From Squalus acanthias (lineage: Eukaryota), in assembly GCA_030390025.1 (NCBI GenBank), contig CM059431.1, positions 99,760,001 to 99,824,000 of the forward strand: a stretch of DNA of 64,000 bases, given 5' to 3'. Of the stretch, positions 26,130 to 37,864 are shown in pieces. Below the pieces are notes generated by a model. That model was not told the origin of the DNA. It searched no databases and saw only the letters and a list, made by a program, of their open reading frames with translations. The position numbers and the translations under genes are program-made. Position 1 is the first letter of the stretch, and each line of letters opens with the position of its first letter.

Positions 26130-28055
26130 AGTGGAAATACGTAGCAGATTCTCAGCAAAGGGAGAGAGCCTGCAGATTCTCAGACGCGGCTCTTGAGGCA
26201 CTGGTGGTGGCCGTGGAGAGGAGGCGGGCTGTCCCCTTCCCCCACACTGACAGGAAGCCCTCGCCACACACCCCGTGAAGGCTCTGGCAGGAGTTAGCTG
26301 CCTACGTCATGACCAGCACTGTGGTCCCAAGGTCTGCCATCCAGTGCCGAAAGAAGTTTAATGACCTCACACGGCAGGTCAAGGTGAGTGAAGGCTTCAG
26401 CAAATGCCATATCCCACCATCTGCACCACAAGCCTCACACACTGCTCAATGCACCACACCCCCAGTGCTCACCGACCAACAATCGCTACCTATCACCACT
26501 CAGACCTCACAATTGTAGCATCACTTCACCCTCACAACCTCACCACTGCTGCAACACTCACACCCACATCTCACTCCTTGCACACACTGACAGCTATTCA
26601 ACCATGGGAGGCACATCACCCAAACACATTGCTCCACACTCACTCACACACTTCCTGTTCTCTTGCAGGCGAAGGTCGCGCATAATAGGAGGGAGCAGCG
26701 GCAGACAGGCGGGGGGTGGGGGGGTGGCAAGACGCAATACAGAACTTCACCGACCTGGAGGAGCTGATTGGGTGGCAGATCGTGGCAGCCATGGCAACTG
26801 GTGAGGTTGAAGCCCTTGGGGACAACAACGGTGTGCTCATTCCTAATCCTTCTTCTCACATCCCACTTCCCCCTCATCCCACAATCTCTTCTCACTGTCA
26901 AGCTGCCGGTGCTGTATGCCTGCATATCTTGCTTTCACCGCCCCTCCGTTCCCCAGAACCCGACTCCTGTGCCTTTCTGCTTTCAGCTAATCAAGAACAA
27001 GTACCCGAGCAGCCTGTCCCTGAGGCGATGCAGGAGAGCGAGGGGGGAGAAGAAGAAGAAGAAGAAGACACAGCTTCACTGCATCTGTCACTCGCAGACA
27101 CCAGCTCAGAAACTGGCATTGCACGTTCTTTAGAGGCTGGTGTCGAAGCAGGATCTGCACAGGGTGAGGCACCGGGCACGAGTGGGCTGCAGCAAGGCCA
27201 GGGGGAAAGGGTAGATCGGGGGCCAGCTCCCGGGAGGGTGTGCTCGCCCGCGAGTTCTGCTGCAAAGGACTCAGATGAGGACCTCGATGGGGCGGCATTC
27301 AGAAGAAGGGTGGTGGGCCATGCACACCGAATTGCTAGGTGCAACGGCAAGCCTGCCAGAGAGCCCCTTGGCAATGTCAAGGAGCTTGGAGGAGTCTGCC
27401 TCCAACATTGCACGGGGCTCTGCGCAGAGCTTGGAGCCCAGGATTTCCAGGCCCGAAGAGACCGTGTCGACCCGGGCATGATGCTGGGTGTGATGGGTGA
27501 TGCAGCACAGGCGGAAACGACCCAACGTCTCAGTGCTGCAGCAGAAGCGCAGACCGCTCTCAGGCAGTCTCAGACTGCTGCCACCCAAGCTCAGACTGCT
27601 GCCATTGTGGCTGGGTTTACCAGTGTCGGCCGGGGCTTGCAGGATGTCGCAGCAGCCCAGCAATCTGTGCTCCAACAGATTGGTAGGGATGCTGAGGTGC
27701 CGCCCCGGGGGGAGTGGCAGTGGGTCAGTGGAGCAGGGACCCTGCTGTCCTCTCTCAGGATGACAGCGTTACTGCTCCCACCACTGCCACTCCGCCAGTG
27801 CCCTTGTCGCTGCCTGTCATCCAGCCAGCCCAGACTGCTGCCGTCCATGCTGAGGTGGTGCAGTCTACAGCCGGGCCTTCCAGGCCCAGAGCTGCTCGAG
27901 GTCATCCTGCAAGGCCATCTGCAGTCTCCCCCATGGACACTCAGCTGCCGTCCACCAGCCATGCGGCAGCCACTGGAGGAGCACTTCGTAGGAGCACTGG
28001 ATCAGGAAAGGGCACCTGAACGCCAGGCACGAAGGGATTGCACAAGGGTGATTAG
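26130..28055 (+). pseudogene. Harbinger Myb/SANT-like DNA-binding protein gene, 3 exons
   Basis: RFSDAALEALV...W(Q)EL...RSAIQCRKKFNDL motif; in-frame TGA at 26276-26278; GT-AG introns 26384-26668 and 26831-26986; frameshifts in exons 2 and 3; start and end approximate. Confidence 0.85.
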
Positions 28056-28201
28056 TTGGTATCGAATGTGTCAATTGATTTTTGATAAATTTATCAATTT
28101 TGTTTGGAATCTTTTCTGGTAGCTCTCATTCCAGCTTTGTGCCCAGGAGGAGGCTGTGATATTCCATGGACAGAGGGAGCAACGGGACTCTGGGGTTTCA
28201 T

Positions 28202-29411
28202 TCACTGGAATCGGAGTCTGATGCGGCGTTCACAGACAGCCCGTCCAGAAGGGGGATTGGCTGCCTGCCTCCTCAACTTCCTCCCTGTCCTCTTCCTCTT
28301 CCTCTTGCTTATCTTCCTCTTCCTCCTCTTCCTCCTCCTCCTCTCCCTCGTCCTCCTCCTCCTCCTCTCCCTCGTCCTCCTCCTGAGGTGGTCCCGCAAT
28401 CCCTGCTGGCAAGGGCTGGGCCCTCGCGATAGCCAAGTTGCGGAGCATGCAGCAGACCACCATGAAATCGGACACCTGCTCCGGCGAGTACAGGAGGGCT
28501 CCTCCCGAGCGGTCAAGGCAGCGGAACCGTTGCTTCAGTAGCCCCGATGGTCTGCTCGATGATGTTACTGGTGGAAGCGTGGCTCTCATTATGTGAGTGC
28601 TGGGCACAAGCGGTGGGGTTGCGGAGGGGAGTCATGAGCCAGGCGCAAAGCGGATAGCCCTTGTCTCCGAGCAGCCACACTCGAGATTCAGGAGGAGGCT
28701 GGAAGAGTGCTGGCACACCGGACTGGCGCAGGATGAAGGCATCATGGCTGCTGCCAGGATAGCGGGCATTGACATTGAGGATTCGCTGCATGGGGTCACA
28801 CACCAACTGCACATTAAGTGAGTGGTAGCCTTTGTGGTTACGGAAGATCTCAGGATTGTTATGCGGTGCCCGCAAAGCCACGTGCGTGCAGTCAATGGCG
28901 ACCTGCACCATGGGGAAGCCCGCTATCCTGGCAAAGCCACATGCTCGCTCGTCCTGCTTCTCTCTGCTCAGAGAGAAGACAATGTAGTCCTTTCTCCTGG
29001 TGTAGAGAGCCTCAGTGACTTCCCGTGATGCAGCGATGGACGGCGAATTGGGCGATGTTAGTTATGTCCCCTGCTGCCGAGTGGAAGGATCCGCTGGCAA
29101 AGTAATTGAGGGCCACGGTGACCTTGACTGTCACCGAGAGAGCCGTGGTCGTCCTGCTCTGAGGCTGCAGGTCTGGTGTGCAGGAGGTGGCAGAGTTCGG
29201 TGACCACCTCCTTGGTGAAGCGGAGCCTCCTAATACACTGCTCCTGGCTTAAGTGGATATAAGAGAAGTGCTCTCTGAAAGCCCTAGGTGGATAAGGCCT
29301 CCTGTTGAGAGCCCTCCTCCTCCTCCCTCTGCGAGCATCCTCTCATCCTCTTCGCTGCCTCCGCTCCCTCTCCCGAAGATACTCGAGGGGGACTGTCAGT
29401 CGAGCCCCCAT
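28202..29411 (-). pseudogene. HARBI1-like Harbinger DDE transposase
   Basis: ATG at 29411; RRPYPPR, RRLRFTKE, AIDCTHV, RNHKGYHSLNVQLVCD, YPGSSHDAFIL, LLGDKGY, IEQTIG.LKQRFRCLD; poly-Glu tail; one early stop and several frameshifts. Confidence 0.93.
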
Positions 29412-29608
29412 GACTGTGAGCAAGTGTTGCGAGCAGAAGCCATGAAATAATAATGAAGGCATTCTCCACTTGCAACAACACTGCCTGCTACCTTAGAACC
29501 TTGAAAGAAGTTAATAAACTCCTGTTAAAGCTGCTGGAGTTGCAGCAAGTTGCACAGAGGCGGTCAAACTGCAGAAACACGTCAGGTGCAAGTTGTTGCT
29601 GATGATCC

Positions 29609-29874
29609 TTTAAATACCGCTGCTGGAGTCTCCTTTCTGCTTCTCAACGCTTGCTCAGCTCGTTGCTCTTAAGGCATGCCGGTAGGGTGGAGCGGCGAAG
29701 TCCAAACTCACAGATCGGGCGTCAAGTGAGCGTTGCACACACACTGACGTCACGATCTGCATCATCTACATAATTTTGGCGAGCACCGACAGCGGCGGCA
29801 CCACCAGCCATCCGAAAATGGCGGCTGCCGCGGGACCCACCAGCAGCGGGCGGAAGAGCAGCGGCCGCCATTTT
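29609..29874 (-). promoter_or_regulatory. Putative transposase promoter module in the Harbinger subterminus
   Basis: TATTTAAA on the - strand (29609-29616), palindromic TGACGTCA (29745-29752) and an inverted pair of AAAATGGCGGC (29815, 29864); function is inferred. Confidence 0.45.
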
Positions 29875-30584
29875 TCTCCCCGAATCTGATGGTTACGGTT
29901 GGCGCTAAAACCCCCGAATTTCTAGGCCATGTTTTGCTAACAAAGTGTCAGCGTACATCTTTGTCAACAGTTAGTTCACAGTTGGAGTTACCGTGGGCAG
30001 TTCTGGTCTCCATATTACAAGACAGATGTAGAGGCACTGGAGAAGATGCAAAGCAAGATTGACAGGAATTATACTAGAACTGAGAGGTTACAACTATCGG
30101 GAAAGGCTGAACATGCTGGGGCTCTTTTCTCTAGAAAAGCGAATACTGAAGGGTTGACCTGATAGAGGTCTTTAAAGCTATGAGTGGGTTTGATAGGGTA
30201 GACGTAGAGAATGCAAGTATAAATGCATGTCTTACTTATTATTACATGAAGGTACCACCTTGCGATATGAAAGCAGCTAAAAATACAATTTTTTTCAATT
30301 TTAAGTGGCATCTGTGAATGTAACCAGGATAAAATGGTACTTATTGTGCACTTGATGCAGGTCCACATAACTCACTTGTGATGCCATTGTGTCCATCTCT
30401 TGCTCTCTACCCCCGAAATATTGTGCAGCAGTAACAGACTGTTAGGTTGAAATTTCACTCTGTGATATTAGTAACAAGCCTATTAATGTGTTTGTAAGAA
30501 ATATCTTGGTTGCACTATTTTATCAGAGATACTAACCCATTTATTTTAAATATCACACAGCGCAATTTGAACATTTTATTGCTC

Positions 30585-31115
30585 TCCTGGTTACCTCCCA
30601 TCTTCCACCCTCCGTAAACTTGAGCTCATCCAAAACTCTGCTGCCCCCGTGTCCTAACTCGCACCAAATCCCGTTCACCCATCACCCCCTGTGCTCGCTG
30701 ACCTACATTGGCTCCCAGTCCAGCAGCGCCTCGATTTTAAAATTCTCATCCTCATTTTCAAATCCCTCCATGGCCTCGCTCCCTCCCTATCTCTGTAACC
30801 TCCTCCAGCCCCACAACCCCCCGAGATCTCTGCGCTCCTCCAATTCTGGCCAATTGCACGTCCCTGATTATAATCGCTCCGACATTGGCGGTCGTGCCTT
30901 CAGCTGCCAAGGCCCTAAGCTCTGGAATTCCCCCCCTAAACCTCTCCACCTCTCTACCTCTCTCTCCTACTTTAAGACGCTCCTTAAAACCGACCTCTTT
31001 GACCTAATTTATCCTTATGTGGCTCAGTGTCAATTTCTTTGGTCTTATAACACTCCTGTGCAGCGCCTTGGGACGTTTTACTACATTAAGGTGCTGTAGA
31101 AATGCATGTTCTTGT
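30585..31115 (+). mobile_element. L2 LINE 3' fragment
   Basis: RSLRSSNSG...GGRAFSCQGPKLWNS followed by the tail. Confidence 0.8.
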
Positions 31116-31474
31116 TGTTTAAAGGGACATCTTTATAATCTAATGTTATTACTGCTGTTGTTGATATTAATCAATGTGATCTGTGCAATCTTTCCCCAGC
31201 GATAATTCTACTTTTAATCAAGCAGCTCACACATATATCGTCGAAGTTTGCTACTGTCACACCAACCAGCCACAATGCAGCCCTCTAGTGGTGGGACCTA
31301 GGAACGTTTGGGGAGTGAAAGGTTTCCTTCTCAAATAACTGCAATAAGATTAATGTTGGAAAATCCCAATGAATGAAGAACAGCGGATGGAATGAATAGG
31401 GGCGGAGCAGATCAATTGAGCAGTGGGTCACAGGGATTTAGTGTGACTTGAGATCACTATGGGCAGGAGATTTT

Positions 31475-32387
31475 TTTAATTCGTTCCTGGGATCTGGGCG
31501 TCGCTGGCAAGGCCAGCATTTATTGCCCATCCCTAATTGCCCTTGAGAAGGTGGTGGTGAGCTGCCTTCTTGAACCGCTGCTGTCCGTGTGGTGAAGGTG
31601 CTCCCACAGTGCTGTTAGGGAGGGAGTTCCAGGATTTTGACCCAGCGACGATGAAGGACCGGCCGATATATTTCCTAGTCGGGATGGTGTGTGAATTGGA
31701 GGGGAACTTGAAGGTGGTGGTGTTCCCATGCGCCTGCTGCCCTTGTCCTTCTAGGTGGTAGAGGTGGCGGGTTTGGGAAGTGCTGTCGAAGAAGCCTTGG
31801 CGAGTTTCTGCAGTGCATCTTGAGAACATAAGAACATAAGAAATAGGAGCAGGAGTAGGCCATTCGGCCCATCGAGCCTACTCCGCCATTCAATGAGATC
31901 ATGGCTGATCTTCTACCTCAACTCCATTCACCGGCCCTATCGCCATATCCCTTGATGCCCTTACTAGTCAGAAATCTATCGACTTCTGTTTTGAATATAC
32001 CCAATGACTGAGCCTCCACAGCACTCTGGGGTAGAGAATTCCAAAGATTCACCGCCCTCTGTGTGAAGAAATTTCTTCTCATCTCAGTCCTGAATGGCCT
32101 ACCCTTTATCCTGAGGCTGTGGCCCCTGGTTCTAGACTCCCCAGCCAAGGGAAACATTCTCCCAGCATCTTGTAGATGGTACACACTGCAGCCATGGTGC
32201 GCCGGTGGTGGAGGGAGTGAATGTTCAAGGTGGTGGATGGGCTGCCGATCAAGTGGACTGCTTTGTCCTGGATGGTGTCGAGCTTCATCCAGGCAAGTGG
32301 AGAGTATTCCATCACACTCCTGACTTGTGCCTTGTAGATGATGGAAAGGCTTTGGGGAGTCAGGAGGTGAGACACTCACCGCAGTTC
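31475..32387 (-). mobile_element. LINE family 2 fragment with a nested CR1 3' end (31823-32164)
   Basis: Host resumes after the insert; gcatcttg is duplicated at 31815-31822 and 32165-32172. Confidence 0.82.
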
Positions 32388-32787
32388 TGAACATGACAGC
32401 TGATTTTTAGTTAAGTAGAAACTACTTTAAGTTATTTAATGGATACCTTATGGCAATGAGAAGCTTGTAAATACAATTAGATTAGACCTCAGCTGCACGG
32501 TGAAATGAACAGAGTGGCATGTACCTCAGGAGGGGACTCGTGTGGAGTATAAACACCAGCGCAGGCTAGTTGGGCCGAACGGCCTCTTTCTGTGCTGTAT
32601 ATTCTGTGTAATTCGGTATGTGTGCAGTCCTCACGGGTACATGAGGACCTGGGGTAGGGCGACTTTTGCTAATCAATAAGTTGAAATAGAGAATGGTGGA
32701 AAAGGAAAGGGGGTTTTGTGTGCCAGTAGGGCTTGACCAATGTGAAAGGTTTATAGGTGATAAATTGTAGCAATTTAACTAAAGACA

Positions 32788-33025
32788 AGAAAGACTTGCA
32801 TTTCTATAGCGCCTTTCATGACCTCAGGATGTCCCAAAGCGATTTACAGCCAACCAAGTATTTTTGAAGTGTTGTAATGTAGTAAACATGGCAGCTAATT
32901 TGCGCACAGCAAGCCCCCACAAACAGCAATATGATAATGACCAGATAATCTGTTTTAGTGATGTTGGTTGAAGGATAAATATTGGCCCCAGGACTCCCCT
33001 GCTCTTCTTGGAAATAGTGCCGGTG
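32788..33025 (-). mobile_element. DeuSINE 3' fragment
   Basis: Deu domain and tail. Confidence 0.72.
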
Positions 33026-33354
33026 AGATCAGCACTAGTGGATGCTGAGTATTAACTATAGCACTGACCAGAGTCTGAGGTCAAAAAATTGGTGAGATTA
33101 CTTTGAGCAATTCCTTAGATAGCCGACAAGTTAACAGCTTTGAATAGCTTCTCTATCAAGTAACTCAAGTTTTTGCATGTAACTTCCTCATTCACTTTGT
33201 CCACCATTGGTAGCTGTGCCTTCAGCCATCTAGACACTAAGCTCTGGAATTTACTCCTTAAACCTCTCAGTTTCTCTCTCCTCCTTTAAGACCCTCCTTC
33301 GAATCTATGTCCTTGACCAAGACTTTAGTCACACCTCCTAATATCGCCCTGCAA

Positions 33355-33768
33355 CAATAACAACAACAACTTGCATTTATATAGCACCCTTAACGCAGTA
33401 AAACATCCCAAGGTGCTTCACAGGAGCGATTATCAAACAAAATCTGACACCGAGCCACATAAGAAGATATTAGGGCAGTTGAGGTAGGTTTTAAGGAGCG
33501 TCTTAAAGGAGGAGAGAGAGGTAGAGAGGAGGAGAGGTTTAGGGAGGGAATTCCAGAGCTTAGGGCCCAGGCAGCTGAAGGCACGGCCGCCAATGGTGGA
33601 GCGATTAAAATTGTGGATGCTCAAGAGGCCAGAATTGGAGGCGCGCAGAGATCTCGGAGGGTTGTGGGGGGTGGGGAAGGAGGTTACAGAGATAGGGAGG
33701 GGCGAAGCCATGGAGATTTTTAAAACAAGGATGAGAATTTTAGAATCGAGGTGTTGCTGGACCGGGAA
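33355..33768 (-). mobile_element. L2 LINE 3' fragment
   Basis: GGRAFSCLGPKLWNSLP motif and (caa)n tail. Confidence 0.8.
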
Positions 33769-33789
33769 CTACTGGAGCTCTCCACCCAT

Positions 33790-34862
33790 CGAGGACTGTG
33801 CATTACCAACACCTACTTCTAAAGCCCTCACCGCTGAATGGGTTTCATGGAGATGCCCCAGATCTGGGCAATGGCACCAGCTTGAGTTAATTAACATCCG
33901 TAGAAAGCATCTGCAGAATGATCTTCCTACTCACAGTTTTCACAGTGCAGATTACGACACAGACTTGTATGCTGCATAATAAGCCTTTCACTAAGGAAAT
34001 CCCATCATACCAGACAAAGTTATCGCCCACATATTAATATCAAAAACACAAAAGGTTTCTACAATTTATTGTGAGTTTCGAATAAACTAAGTTAGCGATT
34101 CCACCTCCTCAAAATATTGATGCACCGTGGAATCCACACAAAAATAATAGATAAAGCTACAGACTTAACTTATGGTACAAAAGAACCCGACTGTACGGGA
34201 TAAAGATTGGTTTACAACATACTCGGAGGACATTGGTCCAGTTATCAGAGCAAAACGTCCAGCTTATCTCCACCACAGAGCTGAACCCCTCTCCTGAGGC
34301 ATGTCTTAATCTGAGAGTGGGCAAAAACCAAATTGCAACAAACAGCCAGGAAATGTGCTCAATTATACTGGGTACATCTGTGCGAGAAGATACAAAGGGC
34401 CTTTGGAATTGGAGACCTAAGAGGCTTGTCTGATCGTTCTTCAGTCAAGAAGATAGCACCACGCAAATCCCACAATGCGAACATCATCCCTGACAGAGAC
34501 AAACACATGCAACGCTGGGTAGAATACTAACATGAACTTTATTCACATGATGCCACTGATTCTGAAGCAGCGTTAAATGCAGTCCTCAGACTTCAGACCG
34601 TTGAGGAGATTGGTAGAGAGCCATTTATAAACGAGCTGGAAAATCATTTCAGCTTCCTGAGCATCAGGGAAGGCTGCGGGCAAAGGTGGAACTCCAGCTC
34701 TGAACTGGCGAAACAAGGAGGACAGGTTGTGATTAAACATCTGCACAATGTCCTCCTTGCTGGTTTGAGGGGTACCACAAGACATGAGGGATGCTAACAT
34801 CATTCCGTTGGACAAAAACAAAAAGGAGATTGCAACAACTATAGGGAAATTTCTCTCCTTAG
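33790..34862 (+). mobile_element. Decayed RTE-clade LINE internal fragment
   Basis: SWRCPRSGQWHQLELI...SFHSADYDTD (end of the endonuclease), MQRWVEY and VPQDMRDANII...CNNYR.ISLL motifs; many stops. Confidence 0.7.
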
Positions 34863-34874
34863 GGTCAAAAGAAA

Positions 34875-36372
34875 AAAAAGACTTGCATTTCTATAGCACC
34901 TTTCATGACCTCAGGATGTCCCAAACGCTTTACAGCCAATGAAATACTTTTGGAAGTGTAGTCACTCTTGTAATGTAGGAAATGCGGCAACCAATTTGCG
35001 CACAGCAAGCTCACACAAACAGAAATCTGATAATGATCAAATAATCTGTTTTTGTGATGTTGATTGAGGGATAAATATTGGCCAGGACACCGGGGAGAAC
35101 TCCCCGACTCCTCTTCAAATAGTGGCCATGGGATCTTTTGCATCCACCTGAGAGCAGACGGGGCCTCGGTTTAACGTCTCATCCAAAATACAGCAGTGAT
35201 CTGACAGTGCAGCACTCCCTCAGTACTGACCCTCCGACAGTGCGGCGCTCCCTCAGTACTGCCCCTCCGACAGTGCGGCGCTCCCTCAGTACTGCCCCTC
35301 CGACAGTGCGGCGCTCCCTCAGTACTGACCCTCCGACAGTGCAGCTCAGTACTGCCCCTCCGACAGTGCAGCGCTCCCTCAGTACTGACCCTCCGACAGT
35401 GCAGCTCAGTACTGCCCCTCCGACAGTGCAGCACTCCCTCAGTACTGCCCCTCCGACAGTGCAGCTCTCCCTCAGTACTGCCCCTCCAACAGTGCAGGGC
35501 TCCCTCAGTACTGCCCCTCCAACAGTGCAGCGCTCCCTCAGTACTGCCCCTCCGACAGTGCAGCGCTCCCTCAGTACTGCCCCTCCAACAGTGCAGCACT
35601 CCCTCAGTACTGCCCCTCCGACAGTGCAGCTCAGTACTGCCCCTCCGACAGTGCAGCTCAGTACTGCCCCTCCGACAGTGCAGCGCTCCCTCAGTACTGA
35701 CCCTCCGACAGTGCAGCGCTCCCTCAGTACTGCCCCTCCGACAGTGCAGCGCTCCCTCAGTACTGCCCCTCCGACAGTGCAGCGCTCCCTCAGTACTGAC
35801 CCTCCGACAGTGCAGCGCTCCCTCAGTACTGCCCCTCCAACAGTGCGGCGCTCCCTTAGTACTGCCCCTCCGACAGTACAGCGCTCCCTCAGTACCGCCC
35901 CTCCGACAGTGCGGCACTCCCTCAGTACTGACCCTCCGACAGTTCGGCACTCCCTCAGTACCGCCCCTCCGACAGTGCGGCACTCCCTCAGTACTGACCC
36001 TCCGACAGTTCGGCACTCCCTCAGTACCGCCCCTCCGACAGTGCGGCACTCCCTCAGTACTGACCCTCCGACAGTGCGGCGCTCCCTCAGTACTGCCCCT
36101 CCGACAGTGCGGCGCTCCCTCAGTACCGCCCCTCCGACAGTGCGGCACTCCCTCAGTACTGACCCTCCGACAGTGCGGCACTCCCTCAGTACTGCCCCTC
36201 CGACAGTGCGGCGCTCCCTCAGTACCGCCCCTCCGACAGTGCGGCGCTCCCTCAGTACTGACCCGCCGACAGTGCGGCGCTCCCTCAGTACTGACCCGCC
36301 GACAGTGCGGCGCTCCCTCAGTATTGCGCCTCCGACAGTTCGGCGCTCCCTCAGTACCGCCCCTCCGACACT
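34875..36372 (-). mobile_element. DeuSINE with 33-bp array (35203-36371, about 36 units)
   Basis: Deu domain then tandem 33-mers, including 27-bp deletion variants (gtgcagctcagtac); head missing. Confidence 0.85.
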
Positions 36373-36869
36373 GGGGTGTAGAATAGTTCTCTACCCTCCC
36401 CCAACTCCACATTATTTGCAATCGATCTGCCCTATCAGTGCCATGTTGACTCATTTTTTTAATCGTATATTTTCATTAATTCTGGAAGGAAAGTTTAATT
36501 TAAAAGATTTGCGGTCCCTTTCTAATTATTAATAATTATGCACCATACGTTCATTTTAATCCATGTTTGTTTTCATCTGCAAGAACTCGCTAGCACAGAG
36601 AGTGGTTGAGGCGAATAGCAGAGATGCCTTTAAGGGGAAGCTCGATAAACACACGAGGGAGAAAGGAATAGCAGGATATGGTGATAGGTTGAGATGAAGA
36701 GGGGTGGGAGGAGGCTCGTGTGGAGCAGAAACACCGGCACGGACCAGTTGGGCCGTACATTCGATGTAAGTAGCTCAGCCCTGAGTTTTAGTTCTTTGTT
36801 GTTCTGGTATAAAAATGTCACGTTGCTCTGTCACATGAAGCTGCTGTAGGATACAGATAAGATGAGAGG

Positions 36870-37213
36870 AGGAGAGGGAAGGATGTATCTCCCTTAGCAG
36901 AGGGTTCAATAATCAGGGGTAAGAGATTTAAAGTAATTGGTCGGAGGTTTAGAGGGGAGTTGAGGAGAAACTTTTTCACCCAGGGTGTGGTGGGGGTCTG
37001 GAACTCACTGCCTGAAAGGGTGGGAGAGGCAGAAACCCTCATCACATTTAAAAAGTACTTGGATGTGCACTTGAAGTGCGGTAACCTACAGGGCTACGGA
37101 CCAAGAGCTGGAAAGTGGGATTAGGCTGGATAGCTCTTTCTCGGCCGGCACGGACACGATGGGCCGAATGGCCTCCTTCTGTGCTGTAAATTTCTGTGAT
37201 TCTTTGATTCTGT
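36870..37213 (+). mobile_element. CR1 LINE 3' fragment
   Basis: tttttcacccag...tggaactcactgcctgaaaggg followed by the tail. Confidence 0.75.
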
Positions 37214-37386
37214 GAAATTCATCTTGGGTGGGGGTGCAGTACGGGCGGTATCGAATTCGCTACACTCCTTGTCTGATATAGAACTCCATTGACTGCAATG
37301 GAACTGAACGTTGAGTGGCGCGTTTAACAGGCAGTCGATTCAATACCGCCTGATTTGCGACACCACCTGAGACGGTTTTCTATCCC
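37214..37386. mobile_element. Decayed palindromic MITE (Harbinger-N-like)
   Basis: Central tccattgactgcaatgga (37285-37302); imperfect arms gggcggtatcgaat / attcaataccgcct. Confidence 0.5.
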
Positions 37387-37864
37387 AGATTTTCTTCGAT
37401 GTACGAGGCTGTTGAGACATCCTCTTCACATCTTCTCTTCCTTGACTCCCCTGCAAAGTGCCTGCTAGCCAATGAAAGTCAGCCAAGACTTAACTCAACC
37501 TGCTGACGCCGATTGTCTCTCACACTCCCAGGTCTTCTCTTGCACGAGGTTTTATGGATTAGATTTATATGAGAGATGCAGCTCAAAGTAACAAACGGTA
37601 GCGTGGTCCAGAGTGGCGACTGAAATGATTTGAGGCTTTGCGAGTGGCGTGAGGTCGGGACACTGACAGATCGAGCTGCCAGCTGACACAGGCGCCACGT
37701 GGGCAGGAGACTGAGTTCCCGACTGCTATCCAGGTTTTATCATCCGGTTAGCTTTTCTGATGAGAAGAGCCTGAGGGAATGTTTTGGGGGGAATAAAAAT
37801 GGAATTCGGTGCAATAAATCACGATTTAAAAAACCTGAACTTTACAAAATTACATTTTATATAT

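Larger units (their letters stand above)
25817..29928. mobile_element. Full-length PIF/Harbinger DNA transposon D (4112 bp, inactivated)
   Basis: Perfect 12-bp TIRs ggcctagaaatt / aatttctaggcc; TSD ATG (25814-25816, 29929-29931); convergent Myb/SANT and DDE transposase genes. Confidence 0.95.

Noticed and set aside
26716..28122. 468-aa ORF as an intact protein
   Set aside because: It lacks the Myb exon, reads through a putative intron and drifts between frames relative to copy E.
28202..29411. Domesticated host HARBI1 gene
   Set aside because: It lies between TIRs with a TSD and has a stop and frameshifts, so it is a transposon copy.
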